A stretch of DNA of 64,000 nt. Source: Patescibacteria group bacterium. Its GTDB lineage: Bacteria > Patescibacteriota > Minisyncoccia > UBA6257 > GWB1-50-10. A program made the translations under genes and the position numbers. The notes under the pieces are model-generated. The model saw nothing but the letters and a program-made list of their open reading frames with translations. It did no database searches and had not been told where the DNA came from. Shown piece by piece: positions 37,160 to 43,306 of the stretch. How positions within the stretch are numbered: the stretch's first letter is position 1; each line of letters opens with the position of its first letter. The stretch covers positions 1 through 64,000 of the forward strand of contig JBBTQX010000002.1 in assembly GCA_038065455.1 (NCBI GenBank), given 5' to 3'.

Positions 37160-37528
37160 TTAAAAAATATCAGAGACTCTAGTCAGTGCAAGCCGATTCA
37201 TGACTTCATCGTCATAGTTATCCATATGGACACAGATGCAAAGTAAGACGATAACGGCGCCTTTTACTGCGAACCACATTCGGGGATACTGATTGGGTCT
37301 TAAATTATCATTAGGAACAACGAGTTCTACTTTCCATAAGGTCCAGATATCATTCTGCGTTACCCTGTGTAATTTTGCCGGGGCTATTATTTGCTTCGGA
37401 TTCTCCGGATTGAATTGAAATTCGCACAACCTCTTGAATGAATCTAAACCGTCTTTAAGATGACGAAATCGCCGCTCAAGGGCGGCGATTTCTTTTTCTA
37501 TGCCGTCATGATACAGAAATTCAATCAT
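37160..37528 (-). CDS. Putative RelE/ParE-fold toxin
   Basis: 122 aa, ATGA-coupled behind a Panacea gene; EKEIAALERRFR...WKV..RMWF pattern. Confidence 0.6.
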   Translation of the reverse strand: MIEFLYHDGIEKEIAALERRFRHLKDGLDSFKRLCEFQFNPENPKQIIAPAKLHRVTQNDIWTLWKVELVVPNDNLRPNQYPRMWFAVKGAVIVLLCICVHMDNYDDEVMNRLALTRVSDIF

Positions 37529-38016
37529 AGGTCGCTGAAATCCGTACCGCGATAGAACGCGAGTTCATATGAAATATCCTCTCCCGGCTTCGTCCCAACA
37601 TATGGGGCCTCAGCATGGGAAAGTTCGCCAAGCTGTTTTCCATTCAATTGGCCGTATTTTATGGCAACGCGATCAAGCATTCTTCTTTCTTCGATATCTA
37701 ATATTAATTCATCCGGTTCCGCCAAAGAACTGTAAACCTCAATTGGATTATATCCATTTCCCAATTCGACGGCTTTGGCAAGAAGTATTTTTTTCTCGGA
37801 CATTTCCGATATAATTTTCTCAAAAGAGACTGGTACTGGCCCCATAGGAAGGGCTTTATATGTATCCCCAGTTATAGGTTTCTGATTCTTTTCGAAGAAA
37901 TCAAAATCAGCAAAATAAAGGAGTTTTGCTAGTTTTTTCTTCCCTTGGATTTCACCTCCTAATTTCTTACAGAGATATAGTATAACTTGCTGATATTTCT
38001 TCTTTTGGAGGGTCAT
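37525..38016 (-). CDS. Panacea (DUF4065/SocA/GepA-like) antitoxin
   Basis: KLAKLLYFADF...PITGDTYKALPMGPVP...LSHAEAPY. Confidence 0.88.
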   Translation of the reverse strand: MTLQKKKYQQVILYLCKKLGGEIQGKKKLAKLLYFADFDFFEKNQKPITGDTYKALPMGPVPVSFEKIISEMSEKKILLAKAVELGNGYNPIEVYSSLAEPDELILDIEERRMLDRVAIKYGQLNGKQLGELSHAEAPYVGTKPGEDISYELAFYRGTDFSDL

Positions 38017-38133
38017 TTTACTTAACAGTATTATACCACAATAAAACTCAAAACAACAAGAAAATGGCTATCTGAATAGTAAAATGAAGACTTAACTTAA
38101 ATGTTTCAATGCTCCTTCTCAATGCAACAGTGG

Positions 38134-38160
38134 AAAAAAAATCCCCGAAGGGATTTTTTT
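38134..38160 (-). terminator. Intrinsic terminator after rpsI
   Basis: A-run, ATCCC-CGAA-GGGAT stem-loop, T-run. Confidence 0.75.
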
Positions 38161-38611
38161 AACGCTTGCGCCACTGTTGCGGCCGTCTCGCTTTCCGCAG
38201 GCCGTATTTCTTGCGCTCCACCTTCCGGGGGTCGCGTTTCATAAAGCCGAGGGATTTCAATTTGGAACGCCAGGTGGGATTCAAAGCGACGAGGGCGCGA
38301 GACAAGCCGAGCCGGATGGCTTCTGCCTGGGAACTCAAGCCACCTCCTCCAACCAATGCCGTCGCGTGGTATTCCTTGAGCGAAAGCTCGCCGAAGGGAG
38401 CGAGGACGGTCTTCTGCAATTTCGCGGTCGGAAAATATTCGGAAAAGGGCAAATCATTCACGATAATCTCCGGAGTCTTGCTCGCCGCTTTGCGGCCGGA
38501 AAAAAGCCGGACGCGGGCGACCGCGGTCTTCCGGCGGCCGATAGCCTCGATATATTTATCCTTTTCCTTTTCAATTTTCTTCGCCGGATGGGCGGTTGTT
38601 TTCGAAGGCAT
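38159..38611 (-). CDS. rpsI: 30S ribosomal protein S9
   Basis: GRRKTAVARV, GGGLSSQAEAIR, RDPRKVERKKYG. Confidence 0.97.
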   Translation of the reverse strand: MPSKTTAHPAKKIEKEKDKYIEAIGRRKTAVARVRLFSGRKAASKTPEIIVNDLPFSEYFPTAKLQKTVLAPFGELSLKEYHATALVGGGGLSSQAEAIRLGLSRALVALNPTWRSKLKSLGFMKRDPRKVERKKYGLRKARRPQQWRKR

Positions 38612-38612
38612 T

Positions 38613-38954
38613 TTATTTTTCGATAATGAGATTTTTAAGCCGTTTCGCATTCAGGCGGTTTTTGGGCAACATCAGGCGCACGGCGTGCCGGAGAACCCAG
38701 GCCGGATTCTTTTTGAAAACATCGGCGAATTTCCGCTCCTTGAGATGTCCCAGGGGGCCGGTGTGCTTATAATAAATCTTCTGATTGGTCTTCTTGCCGG
38801 AAACGGCGATTTGCGAAGCGTTCGTGACCAGTACCCGGTCGGTATTCATAAGCCGCGGATTATAATTCGGGCTCTTCTTACCTTGGAGCAAAAAAGCTAT
38901 CTCCGAGGAGAGCCGGCCTAATTTTTTGTTTTTCGCGTCGATTTGATGGTCCAT
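38613..38954 (-). CDS. rplM: 50S ribosomal protein L13
   Basis: IDA..LGRLSS...LQGK, YYKHTG, MLPKNRL. Confidence 0.96.
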   Translation of the reverse strand: MDHQIDAKNKKLGRLSSEIAFLLQGKKSPNYNPRLMNTDRVLVTNASQIAVSGKKTNQKIYYKHTGPLGHLKERKFADVFKKNPAWVLRHAVRLMLPKNRLNAKRLKNLIIEK

Positions 38955-38955
38955 A

Positions 38956-39309
38956 TTATTTTACGAATTCGATGACGGCCATTTTGGAGCCGTCGTGCTT
39001 CCTCGGAGTAACCGTTTTTACCACCCGGGTGTATCCCCCTTTCCGCTCTTTATAGCGCGGGGCGATTTCGTGGTAAACCTTGTAGGCTGCCGCTTTCGGC
39101 AATTTCTCCAAAAGCAGTTTCATTCCGGCCAGATTTTGCTGTTTGCCGTAGGTGATATAGCGCTCCACGATGCCCTTCAATTCCTTGGCGCGCGCCTCGG
39201 TCGTCGTAATCTTTTCGTGGCTCACAAGGTTATTGGCCAGAATCCTCAAAAAAGACCTGCGAGGGCCTTTTTTCAAACCGAATTTTCTCCCCTTGTGCAT
39301 GTGCCGCAT
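38956..39309 (-). CDS. rplQ: 50S ribosomal protein L17
   Basis: MRH, ITTTEARAKE, GGYTRV. Confidence 0.97.
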   Translation of the reverse strand: MRHMHKGRKFGLKKGPRRSFLRILANNLVSHEKITTTEARAKELKGIVERYITYGKQQNLAGMKLLLEKLPKAAAYKVYHEIAPRYKERKGGYTRVVKTVTPRKHDGSKMAVIEFVK

Positions 39310-40056
39310 TTATTTTTCTTTCTTTTTCTTTTCGGGTTTGCCGGAAATCAATTCCGCCGGAACTACTTCGATGGCCAGAACTTTGTCGAAATGGTCTTTC
39401 AAAATATTGCTCGCCTTGTGGAGCGCCTCCGAAGGGCTAATGGAGCCGTCGGTCTCTATTTCCAATTTCAAGCGGTTATAATCGGTGCGGTCGCCCACGC
39501 GCATATCTTCCGAGTGGAAGGATACCCGGACAACCGGGGAAAAGATGGCATCAAGCACGATCGTGCCGACCGAAAGCCTCTCCATCCGGCGGGATTCGCT
39601 CATCACGTAGCCCAAGCCCTTTTCGACGGTGATTTCCATATCCAAATCGGCGGACTTTTTCGAAAGAGTCGCGAGATGCAAATCCTTGTTGATTACCCGC
39701 ACGAGCGTGGAAGATTCGATATCCTCCGCCTTCACTTCCTTCTCGCCTTTCACGTGAAGTTTTAAAGTCTGCGGCTCATCGGCGGTAAAATGAAAGCGGA
39801 CTTTCTTCAGGTTCAACGTGAACTCCACGATATCCTCCACCATGCCGGGCAAAGTCGAAAATTCATGGTCTATATTCTTAATCTTAATCTGAGTAATAGC
39901 CGAACCCGGAAGCGAGGAAAGGAGCGCGCGCCGAAAAGCATTCCCCAAAGTGACGCCATAACCGGTAAAAAGACCTTCAATGTAAAAAACACCGATATTG
40001 TCCTTTTCGGAAATTTTCTTGACCTCGACCGCTTCGCTGATATGTGTATATTTCAT
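39310..40056 (-). CDS. rpoA: RNA polymerase alpha subunit (NTD only, 248 aa)
   Basis: GYGVTLGNAFRRALLSS, HEFSTLPG, GLGY, DAIFSPV, ETDGSISP. Confidence 0.96.
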   Translation of the reverse strand: MKYTHISEAVEVKKISEKDNIGVFYIEGLFTGYGVTLGNAFRRALLSSLPGSAITQIKIKNIDHEFSTLPGMVEDIVEFTLNLKKVRFHFTADEPQTLKLHVKGEKEVKAEDIESSTLVRVINKDLHLATLSKKSADLDMEITVEKGLGYVMSESRRMERLSVGTIVLDAIFSPVVRVSFHSEDMRVGDRTDYNRLKLEIETDGSISPSEALHKASNILKDHFDKVLAIEVVPAELISGKPEKKKKEK

Positions 40057-40074
40057 TTTTTTGTTTTATAAAAT

Positions 40075-40674
40075 TTAACGCGAATAGAATTGGCCGACCA
40101 CGTTTATATCGAAAGGTAGTTGCACTCCGGTAACGGGCGGTTTTGCCACGCACTCGCCTTTCAATTCCTCCGCTTTGAGCTTAAGCCACTCAGGCGGGGT
40201 GTATTGCTTCAACCGGAGTTGAATATCATCGAAAATCTTCGCCGAGCGGGATTCGGGCCGCACAGCAATAATGTCTTTAACCCTAACATAATAGGAAGGA
40301 ATTGTCACTTTTCGGCCATTCACGTGGATATGGCCGTGGGAGACGAGCTGGCGGGCGATTCTCGGAGACTTCGCGAATCCCAAAAGAAAAACCACGTGGT
40401 CGAGGCGGCTTTCGAGCTTGGTCATAATGCCGTCTTTGTCGGAATTCCGGAACATTCTCATCATCTGATGATTATTCAGCCCGTAAAGAATTTGGATTTT
40501 CTGTTTTTCCTGGAGCTGCTTTCCGAATTCGGAAACGGAGTGGCGCGCCTGGCCGTGCTGGCCCGGGCGGTAAGGATGGCGTACCATCGCGCACTTCGGC
40601 GAATTACAGCGGTCTCCCTTGAGGAAGAGTTTGATGCCCAGCGATCTTTCTTTTTTCTCTTTGATTCTTTTCAT
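40075..40674 (-). CDS. rpsD: 30S ribosomal protein S4
   Basis: KLFLKGDRC, PGQHG, QLQEKQK, LESRLD, ARQLVSHGHI; start set at the ATG abutting the element. Confidence 0.96.
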   Translation of the reverse strand: MKRIKEKKERSLGIKLFLKGDRCNSPKCAMVRHPYRPGQHGQARHSVSEFGKQLQEKQKIQILYGLNNHQMMRMFRNSDKDGIMTKLESRLDHVVFLLGFAKSPRIARQLVSHGHIHVNGRKVTIPSYYVRVKDIIAVRPESRSAKIFDDIQLRLKQYTPPEWLKLKAEELKGECVAKPPVTGVQLPFDINVVGQFYSR

Positions 40675-40796
40675 CCCGTTTAGAGACAGGATACGCTTAA
40701 GAAGCATATCCGTGAAGCATTAGCCGATTCGACTTTATTGGATTCTATTGATTGTTTGATAATCATGTTATTCATAAGTTTGATGTCTCTAACGGG
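40675..40796 (-). mobile_element. Family A element (nuclease-less) at the rpsD start codon
   Basis: CCCGTTTAGAGAC...GTCTCTAACGGG (one extra T); ATGAA on both sides. Confidence 0.85.
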
Positions 40797-40809
40797 ATTC
40801 ATATTTTTA

Positions 40810-40952
40810 CCAGGCAGTGAAAATGCGATTGCAAATCGTGATTGAATCGACGATTCTCGCTATTTCCAATGACCTTTTATTTATATTCATATGTTTTGAT
40901 ATTATGATGGTTTTCGATTTGAATTCAATCTAATCGCATTTCTACTGCCTGG
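40810..40952. mobile_element. Family B element at the rpsK stop codon
   Basis: CCAGGCAGTGAAAATGCGATT...AATCGCATTTCTACTGCCTGG; TAA on both sides (- strand). Confidence 0.78.
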
Positions 40953-41402
40953 TTAAACCCTTCTGGTCTTGGCCGGACGCGGTCCGTTGTGCGGAATCGG
41001 CGTCACATCCTTGATGGACAGTATATTCAAGCCCTTGCCGGCGAAAGAACGGATGGCGGAATCGCGGCCGCTACCCACGCCGCGCACGAAAATCTCCACG
41101 GTATTCGGGCCGGTCTTTTCCAATTTCTGGGCAATGGCTTCGGCGACTTTGGAAGACGCGAAAGGAGTCGCCTTCTTGGGTCCGGAAAATCCCAAAGAGC
41201 CAGCGGACATCCATGTAATCACGGCACCCTTATCGTCGGTTACGGTAATAATGGTGTTATTATAGGTGGCTTGAATATAGATACGGCCGTTTTCCCAGTG
41301 CTGTTTGGATGTGGACGAAGATTGCTTAGCCGGCGCCTTTTCGGCCGTCCCCGCTTCCTTCACCGCTTCGTCTTTGGTTTTTATGACTTTTTTCTTTCCC
41401 AT
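40953..41402 (-). CDS. rpsK: 30S ribosomal protein S11
   Basis: ATYNNTIIT, KKATPFAS, GVGSGRDSAIR, DVTPIPHNG. Confidence 0.98.
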   Translation of the reverse strand: MGKKKVIKTKDEAVKEAGTAEKAPAKQSSSTSKQHWENGRIYIQATYNNTIITVTDDKGAVITWMSAGSLGFSGPKKATPFASSKVAEAIAQKLEKTGPNTVEIFVRGVGSGRDSAIRSFAGKGLNILSIKDVTPIPHNGPRPAKTRRV

Positions 41403-41415
41403 TTGCCGATTATAT

Positions 41416-41563
41416 ATGAATTTTCGAGTCTACAGACGATGAAAATTCATCCATAGAATCGAGCACCCCGCCATCATCCCCGACTTGGAGCAGGATATTT
41501 TCTTTCATTATGATTTTCGTTATTTTATTGTTTTTCATATTTTTAGTGTAATGATGGCGGGGT
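41416..41563 (-). repeat. Family C element between rpsM and rpsK with a 42-codon mini-ORF (41410-41538)
   Basis: ACCCCGCCATCAT/ATGATGGCGGGGT 13-bp IR plus the motif shared with the groES leader. Confidence 0.8.
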
Positions 41564-41573
41564 AAGTGTTCCC

Positions 41574-41957
41574 TTATTTCAAATCGACTTTCCGCTTGCC
41601 ACTACCGGCCGTCTTCCTGACGTTGCCGCGCACCGTCCGGGAATTCGTTTTCGTCCGCTGGCCGCGCACCGGAAGCTTTCGCAAATGACGCACGCCGCGA
41701 TAGGCTTTAATATCTTTCAAGCGAGCGATGTTCTGTTTTATCACTTGCCGCAACTCTCCCTCAATCTTGTAGTTCTTCTCTATCATTGATTGGATGCGGT
41801 TCACCTCGTCCGGCGCCAAATCCTTCGCTCGTTTTTGGAGGTCGATTTTCGCGCCGACCAAAACCTTGGCGGCCAAGGTCGGGCCAATGCCGTAGATGTA
41901 GCCCAAGGCCACGTAGATTTTTTTGTTATCGGGTATGTTTACTCCGGCGATTCTCAT
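41574..41957 (-). CDS. rpsM: 30S ribosomal protein S13
   Basis: MRIAGVNIP, YIYGIG, YRGVRH..LPVRGQRTKTNSRT. Confidence 0.98.
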   Translation of the reverse strand: MRIAGVNIPDNKKIYVALGYIYGIGPTLAAKVLVGAKIDLQKRAKDLAPDEVNRIQSMIEKNYKIEGELRQVIKQNIARLKDIKAYRGVRHLRKLPVRGQRTKTNSRTVRGNVRKTAGSGKRKVDLK

Positions 41958-41959
41958 AA

Positions 41960-42076
41960 TTATCCTTGTCTTTGTTTATGCCTCGGGTTCTTGGCACATA
42001 TGACGTAAACCCGCCCTTTTCGACGGACGGTCTTGCAAACGCTGCAGATTTTTTTTACCGATGCTCTGACTTTCAT
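41960..42076 (-). CDS. rpmJ: 50S ribosomal protein L36 (missing from ORF track, 38 aa)
   Basis: Hand translation [38 protein letters not shown]. Confidence 0.97.
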   Translation of the reverse strand: MKVRASVKKICSVCKTVRRKGRVYVICAKNPRHKQRQG

Positions 42077-42196
42077 CCCGTTAGAGACAGGATACGCTTA
42101 AAAAGCGCATCCGTGATATGTCGCTTGGTTTGATTATTCCGACCTGTTGGTTATTCATATTGATACATTATTCAAAATTTGTTTGTCTCTAACGGG
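42077..42196 (-). mobile_element. Family A element (nuclease-less) at the rpmJ start codon
   Basis: 15-bp perfect TIR ATCCCGTTAGAGACA/TGTCTCTAACGGGAT; ATGAA on both sides. Confidence 0.87.
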
Positions 42197-42208
42197 ATTC
42201 ATAAAACT

Positions 42209-42436
42209 TTACAATCTTCGCACGATTCGTCCCCGTTTGTCCAGGATGTTCGCCATCTCCACCATAACCCTGTCTCCGGGGATAACCCGGATGCGGTTGA
42301 TTTTAAGCTTGCCGGCGGGATGCGCTAAAATGTCTTTTTCTTCCCCGTTTTCAAGTTTGACCTTCACGCGGAAAAGCAAACCCGGCAGTGCCTCCACCGC
42401 TATTCCCTCAATCCTGACTAAAGGCGTATTTTCCAT
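42209..42436 (-). CDS. infA: Translation initiation factor IF-1
   Basis: EG...EALP...FRV...ILAH.AGK...RIRVIPGDRV.VE...RGRIVRR. Confidence 0.93.
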   Translation of the reverse strand: MENTPLVRIEGIAVEALPGLLFRVKVKLENGEEKDILAHPAGKLKINRIRVIPGDRVMVEMANILDKRGRIVRRL

Positions 42437-42451
42437 TAACAAACAGAGTGA

Positions 42452-42480
42452 ATTTTAGACAAATACAGATTTTTTGTCAA
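42452..42480 (-). promoter_or_regulatory. Promoter of the infA-rpmJ-alpha cluster
   Basis: TTGACA-N17-TAAAAT on the - strand. Confidence 0.7.
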
Positions 42481-42525
42481 TTTTTTAATCTATAAATCGT
42501 CTTTAATATCAGTTGTGGATAACTA

Positions 42526-42642
42526 TTGACGCTTATTCATGTAAGTCGTTATAATGATAATACAGAATAACTTCTGTCCTGCCCGTGGATATGGGTTAAC
42601 TTTCCGCAAGACCTGATTCTCTTGAGTCAGGTTTTTGCTTTT
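42526..42642 (+). ncRNA. Candidate small RNA antisense to the 3' end of the NYN gene (promoter, two hairpins, terminator)
   Basis: TTGACG-N18-TATAAT; ACAGAA/TTCTGT and GCCCGT/ATGGGT hairpins; GACCTGATTC/GAGTCAGGTT plus T-run; no ORF. Confidence 0.45.
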
Positions 42643-43306
42643 TAACCGCAATATACTTTTTTATGTCTTGAGCATTGATTTTATTATCAACTAGCTCTCC
42701 TAACGACGCATCAATATGCCCTCCTTTTATTAAAATTATCTTTTTCTTTTGTTTCTTTAAGAAACGGATAAGAGCGGCGAAATCGGCATCGGACGATAAT
42801 AGACAGAACGTATCATATGAATTGATGAGTCTTACGGAATCAACTGAAACCTCCACGTCAAAATTGCACTTCGGAATCAATATAAAATTCCCTCCCTTAT
42901 CAACATTTATCTTCCGCATTGTCTCGCTTTTTTCTTCGGAATCCAGATAATGCTTGATTTGCTGTATTGGTTTAGTGAAAACCCTAGACTTACCGAAAAT
43001 ATGTTCCGCGGCCCGTTTGAATCTTAAAGACCCTGGATTAACAGGGTCGTGTCCATAATAAAAACGATCATCGCTGGAAAACGCGCTCAAGAAATCTTTT
43101 AATTTTTGCAGACCAATCGTTAACAACTCATTATCTGCCATTTTCACTCCGCTCTCATCAAAATCATCTTCATCAAACCAATGATTGACGTTCGCAAAAT
43201 CAATGAATGAGATAATGTTCGGATACCTGTCCGGTAAGATATCAAGATTTTTTCTTATTTGATCTTTTTTAAGTTCTTCCAAATCCATTTTAATTTTCTC
43301 CTTCAA
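42596..43306 (-). CDS. NYN-domain (LabA/DUF88, PIN-like) protein
   Basis: FIDFANV, FYYG, KCNFDVE, LLSSDADFAAL; true start may be ATG ~43288. Confidence 0.85.
   Translation of the reverse strand: MKEKIKMDLEELKKDQIRKNLDILPDRYPNIISFIDFANVNHWFDEDDFDESGVKMADNELLTIGLQKLKDFLSAFSSDDRFYYGHDPVNPGSLRFKRAAEHIFGKSRVFTKPIQQIKHYLDSEEKSETMRKINVDKGGNFILIPKCNFDVEVSVDSVRLINSYDTFCLLSSDADFAALIRFLKKQKKKIILIKGGHIDASLGELVDNKINAQDIKKYIAVKKQKPDSRESGLAES

Noticed and set aside
39746-39761. parS-like TTCACGTGAA in rpoA
   Set aside because: Only the 10-bp core matches; outer TGT/ACA bases are absent
26270-42196. Family A repeats as a CRISPR array or integron attC sites
   Set aside because: Copies are dispersed inverted pairs, not tandem repeat-spacer units; no cas or integron integrase in the window
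42481-42560. Replication origin at the DnaA box
   Set aside because: Only one perfect box, no cluster and no dnaA in the window
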